A stretch of DNA of 63,853 nucleotides, filler included, from Octopus bimaculoides (GCF_001194135.2; 5 parts of 5 records of this genome joined end to end with filler, not necessarily neighbours in it), one strand, 5' to 3'. Positions 51,623 to 63,853 are shown, counted from the first letter of the whole stretch. Numbers and translations are program-made. The notes: generated by a model not told the origin, from the sequence alone.

Positions 51623-52838
51623 CACGGGTTGGTCAAAATAATAGAAACACCTAGCATTATAGCATCATAATTTTGAAGTATCTGTAAAACTGTCAAAAAC
51701 TTGTTTATTTTTATGTTTTTTGATTTATTATCAATGTTGCTTAATATGTTTTGCTAAAATTGCTGTTTCTTTTCAGTTATCATCATAAAAAGGTAATCTA
51801 AATGACAGATCTATCGAACTTTCAAAGAGGTCAAATCATTAGAGTTTGTATGGCAGGCGCTAGTGTAACAAAAACAACCAAAATGTTTGTGTATCAAGAA
51901 GTACTGTTTTAAAAGTAATGAGAGCCTTTGAGAAAGAAGGAAAAACCTCCTCATCGAAACAAAACTCTGGAAGAAAACCAAAACTTACAGATTGGGACCG
52001 TCAGACTCTTACACAAACTGTTAGAAAGGATCACAAAAGTACAGCTCCCAAAATTACTGCAGTGCTTAATGACCACCTCGAGAACCTAGTTTCCACAAAA
52101 ACTGTTGGCTGGGAGCTGCACAAAGCTGGATTTCACGGGAGGGCTGCAATCAGAAAAGCACTACTTTCAAAAACAAACATTGCAAAGTGTTTAGAGTGGA
52201 GTAAAAACCTACAGAATTGGTCCCAAGAGCAGTGAAAGAATGTTATTTTCTCAGACGAGTCATCCTTTACNNNNNNNNNNNNNNNNNNNNNNNNNNNNNN
52301 NNNNNNNNNNNNNNNNNNNNNNNNNNNNNNNNNNNNNNNNNNNNNNNNNNNNNNNNNNNNNNNNNNNNNNNNNNNNNNNNNGGCAGAATTAATAGTCAAG
52401 GCTATTTAAGCATTTTATCTGATCAAATTCATCCTATGGTCGCAGAACTGTTTCTAGAGGGAAACGCAATCTTTCAGGATGATAATGCACCAATTCACAC
52501 AGCTAAAGTTGTTAGTGAATGGCACGAAGAACATTCTATTGAAGTTGAACATCTTATCTGGCCACTACAGTCTCCAGATCTTAATATTATTGAACATTTA
52601 TGGTGCATTTTAGAAAAACAAGTAAGGAGTTGATATCCTCCACCATCATCATTACAAGAACTGGAGAGTGTTTTAGCTGAAGAATGGACAAAAATTCCTT
52701 TGGAAACAATTCAAACTTTGTACTAATCCATACCTCAAAGAATTCAAGTTGTAATTACTGTAAAAGGCAGTCTTGCTCCATATTAAAATTAATTTGTTTG
52801 AAATTTTAAGGCGTTTCCATTATTTTGTCCAACCCCTG
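51623..52838 (+). mobile_element. Near full-length Tc1-like transposon, DD36E spacing, disrupted
   Basis: TIRs (ca)cgggttggtcaaaataatagaaacacct / aggcgtttccattattttgtccaacccctg plus TA. MTDLSNFQRGQII at 51801, FSDESSF, and FQDD-(36 aa)-E (SPDLNIIEHLW). Confidence 0.9.
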
Positions 52839-52844
52839 TATATA

Positions 52845-53420
52845 AATGAAGCTAGTATGGTCCACTGGATATATAATGTCAGTGTGCATACACAACAGTG
52901 TAAGTGCCCTGAAAGAAAAGTTGGGCATAAGAAGCATCAAATGTGGTGTGCAAGAGGGGTGACTGCGCTGGTATGGTCATGTGTTGCATATGAATGAAGA
53001 CAGCTGTGTGAGGAAGTGTCACTCCCTAACTATAGAAGGAACTAGTGGAAGAGGTAAACTTAGGAAGACATGGGATGAGGTGGTGAAGCATGACCTTTGA
53101 ACACTGGGCCTCACAGAGGCAATGACAGGAGACCAGGACCTTTGGAGATATGCTGTGATTGAGAAGACCCAGCAACTAAAGTGAGATTGCTGCCACACAT
53201 GTCTGGCCCTGTTAAGAATACCCCTGATGCGTCAGGCGATATGATATGCTTGAGAAGACCTGTTGAGTCAAGTAAAGCCAATATCATAGCTGTGGCCAGT
53301 GCCCCCTGACTGGCTCTTGTACCAGTGGCACATAAAAAGCTCCATCCGAACATGGCTGATGCCAGGTTCATCTGACTGGTTCCTGTGCTAGTGGCATATA
53401 AAAAGCATCAACCAATCATG
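52845..53420 (+). mobile_element. RTE LINE 3' end
   Basis: WYGHVLHMNEDSCVRKC..EGTSGRGKLRKTWDEVVKHDL, followed by 3' UTR repeat units. Confidence 0.85.
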
Positions 53421-54826
53421 GCCATTTGTTCAGTGTCGCCCTCTCTCAGGAATCTTAAACATCAATGTTTCAAGTTTATTGACTCTTGCCGATGAGATGT
53501 ACCTAATAGAGGCAACTCTTAACGAACTGAATAAAGTTTATAGCTTTATATGTAATTCAGCCAGCACAATGACTGTTTTGTGCTAGCAGATCGCCCAATT
53601 GAGAAAAAATATCGGAGTAATAGCACTAAGCAGTGTTTACATATAATAACAATTTAGATGAGTTGAAATATGTTTGTTGCATATTTCAACTGCTTAAAGG
53701 CAAATACACTGCAGTTACCATTTAGAAAAAATCTCTCTTATGGTAAAAAGGAGTGAAAAAACCCCATTCATTCAATGTCACTCTCTCTCGGGAATCTCAG
53801 ATATTGACATTGACTGATTTGCGCTAGTAGATCGCCCAATCAAGAAAAATTATCAGAGTAATGGTGCTAAGCAATGTTTATGTATAAATTGTGATTATAC
53901 GTAAACACTGCTTAGTGTCATTACTCTGATATTTTTTTCTTGATCAGGTGAGATAAATTTACAGAGTTGATCCCTTTCTGTAACCATAAGTTTTCTTCTA
54001 CTTTTCTGAAAGTATATAGAAGCTAGATGTGGTAAATAGTGTTTAGCTTGTTTACAGAGTTTTGAAACCAGATAGTAAAAATTCCTATGATTAGCAGCCA
54101 CCTACATGTTTAGCCATAAAATAATTTTTTTTTTTTTGTTAGAAAATTTTGGACTGGTCCTGCCATAGGTTATTATCTTTAAATTAGGTTCTGCAGCCGT
54201 TTTGTAACACTTGTGAACGACTAATTGTGGAGATTCCTGTTCATCCTGATGAGGGGGGGGGGGTCATTGCCGACATGCACATTAACTCGTAATTGGACTG
54301 TGGCAGTGAACTCCCGAAATAGCCACAGATGTGTTTTGACGTGTTTTTGTGGAATTCCCTTATGCTCCTTGGACTTCAACCTACCATGGTTTTTATGAAA
54401 CAAACTAGTTTGACATATTTTTAATTGAGGGTAGTAAAAACTTTTTTTAGTCGATTGATATATTTTTTAAGTTTTTTAGTCACCTGACACGCTTTAGTAA
54501 TTCATTTTGATTACTTATTTTTAGTCAATTGTATATACCTTTTCTTGATAGGTTGTTCTATATATTTGTATTTTTATGTGCATATATATTTTTTACTTTC
54601 TGTGCTTTTATATGTATTCCTTTTATATGTTTAAGAGCTATGGCAATATTTATATATGATCAAATGTATGGAAGCATGGTGTTATATAAAGTCGTTGACT
54701 CGAATTTGATGTTTGTTCTCTAATCAATGTCTTTTTATCTCTGTCTCAATTCATTTGAGCACTTCTTTTTTGCAGTCCTAGAAATGCTTTTGTCTCCATA
54801 AAAAGAGGCAAAAATTATTTCTTGTC

Positions 54827-55105
54827 ACTGGATTTGGTAGACGGAAACTGAAGCTCGTCGTATATATGTATATATATATATGTATGTGTGTGTGTTTGTG
54901 TGTCTGTGTTTGTCCCCCTAGCATTGCTTGACAACCGATGCTGGTGTGTTTATGTCCCCGTAACTTAGCGGTTCGGCAAAAGATACCGATAGAATAAGTA
55001 CTAGGCTTACAAAGAATAAGTCCCGGGGTCGATTTGCTCGACTAAAGGCGGTGCTCCAGCATGGCCGCAGTCAAATGACTGAAACAAATAAAAGAATAAA
55101 AGAAT
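54827..55105 (+). mobile_element. 5'-truncated SINE family A, CpG-intact
   Basis: ggatttggtagacggaaactgaa...taaaggcggtgctccagcatggccgcagtcaaatgactgaaacaaataaaagaataaaaga. Confidence 0.85.
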
Positions 55106-55429
55106 ATATATGTGTGTGTGTGTATGTATGTATGTATATCATCATCATCATCATTTAACGTCTGTTTTCAATNNNNNNNNNNNNNNNNNNNNNNNNNNNN
55201 NNNNNNNNNNNNNNNNTTAATTAATTAANNNNNNNNNNNNNNNNNNNNNNNNNNNNNNNNNNNNNNNNNNNNATATATATATATATATATATATAATACA
55301 TACCTACATATAAATTTTCTGTTTGTTAAATTTCCCTGTAGTTAGGTATCCTGTCCTTGGTTATGGTTCAGCCTTTCTTAAACTGGTATATCTAGGGTGT
55401 TTACAGTCTTTAACTTGTAGTACACTGGA

Positions 55430-55810
55430 GGAGGTACCTCTGATGGCAGCAATACGACAAGTCGTATTTCCTACTGATTGATAGTGCCGTTTGGTGAAGA
55501 AAAACCATTATTTCGCGGAGGCAGAGCTGGTGACAGCGGGCGCCGGGTGAGTAACGCAGGGAACCCGTCAATGATGATTCATTCAATGCTGGTGAATCAT
55601 TCCGGAGCTCGGAAAGTTTTCAGAGGAAACAAAACAGAGATGAAATTATTTCCAACCTTGCATCTCAGAGAATGCATATTCTCTGTGTACCTTCTTTTGA
55701 AGTCATTGATCGTCATGCCCCTGTACTGTCTTTTGATGTCATTGGATTGCTTCAAGGTGTCTCTATATACTACAGCCTATGAGAGGCAGGATCTTGCCAG
55801 AAGGCAGATA
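55430..55810 (-). mobile_element. Decayed Penelope-like GIY-YIG 3' fragment
   Basis: The minus strand reads QYRGMTINDFKRRYTENMHSL (YIG.T...FK.RY..H-like) and YSPGARCHQLCLRE (C.LCL.E motif). Confidence 0.6.
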
Positions 55811-55915
55811 GTAATGTTTTGACAATCACTGGCTGGCTGTTGTGCGGAGGCATGTTTGAGTTTGTTGTGTGCGATGTTAGAAACGATATAGTCGATACAC
55901 ACACACGCACACACA

Positions 55916-55972
<57 letters not shown>

Positions 55973-56691
55973 ACATACATATGTATGTACGTATACCAAA
56001 GTTAGAAGACATGTAGACGATATATACATATATTCAAATTTAATTATATTTATACATATATATATTTCCGTGCCAAGAAACGTTTGGACATGCTAGATTT
56101 ATTATTGCTTGTTTCTCCTTTTTCGAGATCAGCGACTTTTTGTCACTGGAAAAAGNNNNNNNNNNNNNNNNNNNNNNNNNNNNNNNNNNNNNNNNNNNNN
56201 NNNNNNNNNNNNNNNNNNNNNNNNNNNNNNNNNNNNNNNNNNNNNNNNNNNNNNNNNNNNNNNNNNNNNNNNNNNNNNNNNNNNNNNNNNNNNNNNNNNN
56301 NNNNNNNNNNNNNNNNNNNNNNNNNNNNNNNNNNNNNNNNNNNNNNNNNNNNNNNNNNNNNNNNNNNNNNNNNNNNNNNNNNNNNNNNNNNNNNNNNNNN
56401 NNNNNNNNNNNNNNNNNNNNNNNNNNNNNNNNNNNNNNNNNNNNNNNNNNNNNNNNNNNNNNNNNNNNNNNNNNNNNNNNNNNNNNNNNNNNNNNNNNNN
56501 NNNNNNNNNNNNNNNNNNNNNNNNNNNNNNNNNNNNNNNNNNNNNNNNNNNNNNNNNNNNNNNNNNNNNNNNNNNNNNNNNNNNNNNNNNNNNNNNNNNN
56601 NNNNNNNNNNNNNNNNNNNNNNNNNNNNNNNNNNNNNNNNNNATAATAAATCTCTGAGCGAGATATAAGCAGTAGCAGAACGACATCGTGA

Positions 56692-57213
56692 AGTATATTT
56701 GCCACCTAAATGTGGCTAACCCTTAAGGGTCGATGCTACTGTAGCTTGTAGCCCCAGGAAGACATCTCCTCCAGCTGCCTATTGACACACTATCTGTGCC
56801 CTATCAGTATTTGCAAAGGAAAGTCATCGTTCCCATCTCCAGCCTGATGTGATACACACAGACCCGAGTTTCTGGGTATTGACCCGTCATCAGCGTGTGA
56901 CAACCACCGGTTGACGATGGGAAGTGGTTCTCAATGCAAATATATATACTTTTTCCAGTTGCATATTTGCATTGAGAACCACTTCCCTTCGCCAACCGGT
57001 GGTTGTCACACACTGATGACGGGTCAGTACCTAGAAACTCGGGTCCGTGTGTATCACGTCAGCCTGGAGATGGGAACGATGACTTCCCTTTGCAAATAAT
57101 GATAGGGCACAGATAGTGTGTCAATACCCAGCTGGAGGAGATATTTTCCTGGGGTTACAAACTAAGTAGCATCGACTCTTATGGGTTAGCCACATTTATG
57201 TGGCAAATATACT
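56692..57213. mobile_element. Foldback element with ~250-bp inverted arms
   Basis: agtatatttgccacctaaatgtggctaacc...ggttctcaatgcaaat, a ~22-nt loop, then atttgcattgagaacc...ggttagccacatttatgtggcaaatatact. Confidence 0.9.
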
Positions 57214-57368
57214 ACCCTCTACCCTCCACGAAAACAATTTAATTTGTGTTCGCGGGAAGAACCATTTTNNNNNNNNNNNNNNNNNNNNNNNNNNNNNNNN
57301 NNNNNNNNNNNNNNNNNNNNNNNNNNNNNNNNNNNNNNNNNNNNNNNNNNNNNNNNNNNNNNNNNNNN

Positions 57369-57403
<35 letters not shown>

Positions 57404-57407
<4 letters not shown>

Positions 57408-58372
57408 CACATGGATAAGCTAGAACGCACAGCACTCAACACCTGCTGCTCATGCATCTCCTTCTCCATGTACGTTGATGACCTCCTTATCATCACGTCC
57501 TCCAGGGATGAGGCCATTGACATATACCGGACCTTCAATAATACCGACATGAACATCAAATTCGAGATTGAACATCCAGACGAATCAGGAACCCTCTCTC
57601 TACACGACTTCCAGTTCAAGATCACAGAGGAAGGCTCCATATTTACCAAACTTTTCGTCCACTGCCAATCAGCCTTACCCACCAGAGCCAAAGTGGCATG
57701 CGTGCGAAACGAGATTGCACGAATAAACAGCAATTGCAGCAACATGACCGACAAAGCCGTCAACATCAAACAGTTCCTCAGAGATCTAGCCCTGAATGGC
57801 TACCCACCATCTTTAACTAAACAACGGCGCCTGAAGAACATCAAGGTCAATAAACCCTGGAAGAACCATCATACTTCCAAGTCCGGCACGTGCTTCCTAA
57901 AGCTACCACACTTTGACGACGGAACTACTGTAGCGATACAGCACGCAGTCCGCAGGGAAGGACTCGACATACAGGTAGTGCACACCGGCCCTTCCCTGAG
58001 AAGAGCTCTGTCCAAGAACAACACCTCTCATTACTCCGAGGAGTACACATTGTCGAACTGCCCCATCAATGACCTTGAATTGTGCCAGAGGATCCATGTT
58101 GTATATGAGATCATCTGTGGCAAATGTGACGCATCCTACATCGGAAGCACGGCAAGAAGACATGCATATACGCATTAAGGAAACACATGCAGGCAGACAC
58201 TTCCGTGAAGAAACATCTACGGAAATGTCAGACCAGGGAATCCACAGTGCACATCAAGGCAACACAGTGGAACAGGTGCAACCTTAGAATCTCTGAGGCC
58301 ATCCACACACACCAAAAGAAACCTAAAATCAACAATAGAAAAGAGTTATATGAAGCTAGCTGGTTGCTATAG
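57404..58372 (+). mobile_element. Penelope-like element: RT C-terminus plus GIY-YIG, frameshifted
   Basis: MYVDDLLII, IKFEIEHPDESGTLSLHDF, HCQSALP, a Cys-rich linker, VVYEIICGKCDASYIGST, and a later frame LRISEAI....KPKIN. Confidence 0.85.
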
Positions 58373-58767
58373 CAACACCCTTCTGCGCATGTCCACTCCA
58401 CACACGCTCACACACGCGCACATCGGTAACATTCGTCAATTCCTTGAAAATTGTGTTATAACCCCGACATATTGAATACAAGATAAGTCTACATTAATTC
58501 ACATATTTGTTTTCTTGATTTGATTTACCTTGCATTTACTTCGCATTGTTTTGGCCTTACCCACGATCCTTTATACAATTTATTCTACACAATGCTTCAT
58601 AGTAATTATTCTGAATATATATATATATATATATANNNNNNNNNNNNNNNNNNNNNNNNNNNNNNNNNNNNNNNNNNNNTTAATTAATTAANNNNNNNNN
58701 NNNNNNNNNNNNNNNNNNNNNNNNNNNNNNNNNNNTGGACGAACGTCCATTTGCTATCCTAATCGAC

Positions 58768-58823
<56 letters not shown>

Positions 58824-59468
58824 GAGAGAGAGATAGAGAGTGAGAAATAGATAAAGAGAGAGATAATATATTTTTCTATTTTGGCAGAGGATAAATTCAA
58901 TTAAACACACAAATATATATTTTTGTATATATTTATTTTATGTATACTTGCGTATATATATATGTACATATATATATGTGTGTATATACATATATACATA
59001 CACACACACACACACACACACACANNNNNNNNNNNNNNNNNNNNNNNNNNNNNNNNNNNNNNNNNNNNNNNNNNNNNNNNNNNNNNNNNNNNNNNNNNNN
59101 NNNNNNNNNNNNNNNNNNNNNNNNNNNNNNNNNNNNNNNNNNNNNNNNNNNNNNNNNNNNNNNNNNNNNNNNNNNNNNNNNNNNNNNNNNNNNNNNNNNN
59201 NNNNNNNNNNNNNNNNNNNNNNNNNNNNNNNNNNNNNNNNNNNNNNNNNNNNNNNNNNNNNNNNNNNNNNNNNNNNNNNNNNNNNNNNNNNNNNNNNNNN
59301 NNNNNNNNNNNNNNNNNNNNNNNNNNNNNNNNNNNNNNNNNNNNNNNNNNNNNNNNNNNNNNNNNNNNNNNNNNNNNNNNNNNNNNNNNNNNNNNNNNNN
59401 NNNNNNNNNNNNNNNNNNNNNNNNNNNNNNNNNNNNNNNNNNNNNNNNNNNNNNNNNNNNNNNNNNNN

Positions 59469-59541
<73 letters not shown>

Positions 59542-60145
59542 TGTATGTATGTATGTATAAACGCTGTATTGAACAAATTCGTTTCTCAATAATTATCGGC
59601 CGAAGTGAGAGCTAATTAATCAACGTTGATCTATAAAGAATTATTTAGTTGATCATTATACATGAGAAAAGTGTTTATTAATTAGCTGCTATTTGTAATG
59701 AGTGATTACTAAGACCACGTATTAGTTCCGGACAAGTCCTGATTAAGATTGATAACGAATTACGTTCGAACGCTGAAGCTGAGAAATGCTGTGACGTATC
59801 GAACGTAAATGCATTCGGAATAAAATATTTAATAGTAATTAAATTTTCATTAATCTCTACTTTATAAACTCATTTGAAGCTGAAGCGTTTCCTTCTTATA
59901 TATCGGCCATTTTTTATTCGTTGCTGGGGGGTTTACAAGTCTGAACGCTGTTGTGAGTTCGAGGTTCACTGTGAATGGAATATCAAATCTCTCTCTCTTT
60001 CTCTCTCTCCCCCCTCTGAAAAAACCAAGATGATCTTTCTCTCACTTTCAGATTTAAACTTCCGTGATTGTAACTGATATTACTATTGCTGATATAATCT
60101 CTTCTGTCAGTTGCTAAAAAGTGGGGAAAGAAAAGAAGGAGCTTG

Positions 60146-60342
60146 GTCACGTGACACGACACCATGACATATTATCTTTAAGCGAATTTGGTGGTGCATG
60201 GACAACTCCTTCAGTAAAAGAAGACGACAATGTACATCGGTTGAGCAAGATGCGCGAAAACACAGGACTGGCTTATGATGAGAAAAGATGGAAAGAGGAG
60301 CTGTGCCTCTTGTCGCGCACACACGGCCTTTCTAGGTATGGA
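60146..60342 (+). promoter_or_regulatory. Candidate promoter/first exon with a palindromic E-box (CLEAR-type)
   Basis: GTCACGTGAC at 60146-60155 in CpG-rich unique sequence. A downstream TAG|GTATGG donor lies at ~60335. Confidence 0.25.
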
Positions 60343-60817
60343 TTGATTGGTTGGTTGATTCATTGATTTGTTGATTGATTGGAGTCATTTAGCTGCCGTA
60401 TGTAAGGGATGGTCGACTACAGAACACTCGCGGAACCAAATGTAAATCTTGGTGAGGTTTCTCATCCAAAGAAACCGGTTACTCCTTTCTTCGAGACCTC
60501 AATAAGGATTTCCAGAGCAGAATATACTGGAATGGGTTTCGGTTTAGTATATTTAACGTTTACGCTGTCTACAGATTTCGTTTCTGCTTCTAACGGAAGG
60601 AGAGAGACCCAATAAATGATGCTATTCCACCATCACTGGTGTTGCTTTCGTTATTTGAAAAAGTGTTATACCAATTGCTGACTAAAAGAACAATAGGCAA
60701 AGCATTCCCACCCAGCAATTTTTGAATCCAGAACGTAAGGCCGGAAGGAAGGCTAAGCATTTCTCCCAAGACGGTAACGACTCCGCCAACAAAAACAACA
60801 ACGACGACGACGACGAG

Positions 60818-60850
<33 letters not shown>

Positions 60851-61406
60851 GAGTGAGAGAGCAGTGCCTGCCATCAAAGTGACACCGGGGTGCAATATAC
60901 GAAGCCCAATATACCCATCATGGCTACTCGTCTGATAAGGGCACACCAGACACATGCATCACAACCATATGTGCGCGACATGGTGATCTTATATCAAGAT
61001 AAACAGAGCATGACCTCGCAGGTGGGGGCCCAGTTAGAATTGTCTTCAAGTCGAGTAGCCCATCCCGCTCAAAAAGTCCCTGAATAAGGTTTGTTTAATG
61101 ATGTTGAGCAAAACACCCATGTTTCCAAAGGTGAATTATTCTAGCCCCAAAGAATTCCTCTCAACACATGGCTATGATGCTTCCCCACTACTTCTGCTCA
61201 TGATCAGAGATGAACATATCGTCAGCCACCAAGGGACATGCTGAACTGGGCTAAGGTCAAACAACTGACAGGCAAATCTGTGATATTGAGCAGAATATTT
61301 GTTGTAGCCCATCTTTTATACCAAGACAATATAATGTACATGATAACACTTCCAATCAATTAAGATCAGAAGCCATGAGAGCCACTGCCTGGTACTGCAT
61401 CCGGGC

Positions 61407-61408
<2 letters not shown>
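60818..61408 (-). mobile_element. Unclassified retroposon-like segment with an (AAT)n tail, bounded by (ATT)n on both sides
   Basis: Non-coding ~560 bp between two ATT arrays; the family is not established from this window alone. Confidence 0.35.
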
Positions 61409-61481
<73 letters not shown>

Positions 61482-61931
61482 CATTATTAGGAAAATGAGA
61501 ATTAGAGTACAGTCAAACTAAAAATGTAAATTTTATTTGTGCAAGAATTTATGAGAATGTTTCAGGTTTGTATCCCGAAGGATATGAGATATTTTTAGGA
61601 ACCAGAAATGGTAACGTGTCCTTTACTCTAGTTTTGACATCTTTCTTCTTTTTCTTTTTTTGTCTTTTTCTTTTTGCTATTTTGCTGTTTTTGCTGTTGT
61701 TGTTTTTGGTTTGTTTTATTCATTTTTGACATCCTTTCTTGAAATCGTTTTTCGATTTTTTTACTTGTGCAATATTCTATTTTTGCTTTGGCAACGAGTG
61801 TAATACCGTTACAGAAGAAATAACAACAACAACAACAACACATTGCTTTTTTTCGCTTTTTATAAATGTGGGAGGGAGGGAAGAGAGTGAGGAAGTACAT
61901 ATAGAGAATCATAATGAAAGAGAGACAGATG

Positions 61932-62017
<86 letters not shown>

Positions 62018-62224
62018 GAAAGAGAGAGAGAGATGCATATAGACCCAGACATAGATTTATAGGTAGATATTAAAGATCTGGTGTAAGAACGAGAGACATA
62101 AAGGGGGAATGTGTGTGTGTGTGTGTGTGTGATTGGGAGAGGGAAATATAACAGATGTGAAAGGAAACACAGAAGTTTAGAGAGAGAGAGATAAACAGAC
62201 AGACATGTAAGTTAGTGAGGGAAA

Positions 62225-62279
<55 letters not shown>

Positions 62280-63162
62280 NNNNNNNNNNNNNNNNNNNNN
62301 NNNNNNNNNNNNNNNNNNNNNNNTTAATTAATTAANNNNNNNNNNNNNNNNNNNNNNNNNNNNNNNNNNNNNNNNNNNNTATATATATATATATATATAC
62401 ATACGGGTATACACAAACATACGCGCACACACCAACTTTAATATATATGAACATGTGTGGAAATTTAACTTCTATATATTTGCAATTCATTTACTTCCAT
62501 ACAGATGATAAACATTCAACAAGAAGTAGAACAAGGTCATAACAAATTAGAAACCATATTACTGGCAGAGTTTGGTTTGGCGTAGATTTTAAAAAAATAA
62601 CAATAAATACAGATATATTCCAATACCTAAGAACATAATTGATTGTCCTACTAAATGAAAGATAATTCTACAGTTAATCTATCTATAATATATTGTATGA
62701 TTGGTACGTGCAGATGTTCTTTTGGCCAAGTTCCCATTTACAGTTCCCTCTAACATATTGCTATCAATACCGAAGTAAAGCAGTATTGGTTTTTATAGAA
62801 TATAGTTTGGCACTCTGGCCTTCCATTATTATATTTTTGAACGATGTTTATTTATTTGTGCAAATAGAAGAGGTAGTACCTACTGCACATTGTTACTGAC
62901 ACAAGCAGTCTGCCGTGGTTGCTGTGATTCGGTTTTAGTATAAGTATTTACGTATCAAATATTACAAGAAACCATAAATGGGACGTGTATAGGAGAGGGT
63001 TACAATTTTGCTGGGAAATGTGATAAATGAAGAACAGTATGCGGTCCCTGGATGGTTTCCTAGGGCTAGAATTTCAGAATGGGCCTGCTGCTGTCTTTAT
63101 CATGAAGGGTAGGAGCCACTGTAGTGTCTTTTGAATAGAAGCAAAAACGACAATTAATTCTT

Positions 63163-63510
63163 GGGCAAGTGTCTTCTACTATAGCCTCGGGCCGACCAAA
63201 GCCTTTTGAGTGGATTTGGTAGACAGAAACTGAAAGAAGCCTGTCGTATATATGTATATACATATGTATGTATGTGTGTGTGTGTGTATATTTGTGTGTC
63301 TGTGTTTGTCCCACCAACATCGCTTGACAACCGATGCTGGTGTGTTTACGTCCCCGTAACTTAGCGGTTCGGCAAAAGACACCGATAGAAGAAGTACTAG
63401 GCGTACAAAGAACAAGTCCTGGGGTCGATTTGCTCGACTAAAGGCGGTGCTCCAGCATGGCGGCAGTCAAATTACTGAAACAATTGAAAGAGTAAAAGAC
63501 AGTAAAAGAT
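63163..63510 (+). mobile_element. 5'-truncated SINE family A, CpG-intact
   Basis: cttgggcaagtgtcttctactatagcctcgggccgaccaaagcc...ggcggtgctccagcatggcggcag. Confidence 0.85.
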
Positions 63511-63598
63511 ACATATATATATATATTTTTTTTGGGGGGGGGAGTTTCAGCTTAGAGCTGCGGCCATGCTGATGCACCACCATGTTGCTACACTGTTA

Positions 63599-63853
63599 TT
63601 ACAGGGAGCCTCTTACAATATGTGGCACTTGGTGAAGAATGGAGTTTGATTTAGCAACCCTCCTTTGCACCTCCTGCCGCGAGGTAGGTTCATCTGGGAC
63701 TCTCGATAGGAAGAGGTCCAGCTTTGATTTAAAAACTCCTACATCTACTTTGTGCAGATTCCTCAGGCTCTTTGGGAGAATATTAAAAAGCTGTGGGCCC
63801 CTGAATCCCAAGCTGTTGCAGTAACTGGTCCTGAAGCGCGATGGCATTGCTGG
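63599..63853 (-). mobile_element. 3' end of a CR1/L2-group LINE ORF2
   Basis: RGPQLFNILPKSLRNL...VFKSKLDLFLSRVPDEP...SNSILHQ, a typical ORF2 C-terminus. Confidence 0.8.

Noticed and set aside
61628-62038. 136-aa K/Q-rich ORF on the minus strand
   Set aside because: Composed of (GA)n, (GACA)n, (TTG)n and poly-T low-complexity sequence.
1-63853. CRISPR arrays, rRNA or prokaryotic operons
   Set aside because: No regularly spaced repeat-spacer arrays, rRNA-like sequence or dense coding; the DNA is eukaryotic and repeat-rich.

Overview
This is AT-rich, microsatellite-dense animal genomic DNA from a gappy draft assembly, with many N runs, four of them holding a TTAATTAATTAA spacer. The tRNA-headed SINE families, RTE LINE tails and (TA)n/(TG)n load resemble a cephalopod (Octopus-like) genome; that is an inference. 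No intact host gene can be supported, and most ORF-track entries are microsatellite or N artefacts. The window is a mosaic of decayed transposons: RTE LINEs with a PHD-like finger inside the RT, several SINE families, at least five Penelope-like (PLE) pieces, a Tc1 with DD36E spacing, a DD37D maT, a Helitron fragment, hAT, mariner and other MITEs, foldback elements, an RLE-type LINE fragment, a CR1/L2-like 3' end and a CCHC gag-like remnant. The most striking structure is a ~2.8 kb head-to-head palindromic PLE (46.1-48.9 kb). Its 3' region carries a tRNA-derived Pol III-like head, an (AAT)n tract and a minimal hammerhead ribozyme. Also notable are a foldback element built from inverted TTAGGG repeats, and CpG-retaining blocks (~9-17 kb, ~59.6-60.6 kb) with weak candidate promoters and first exons.
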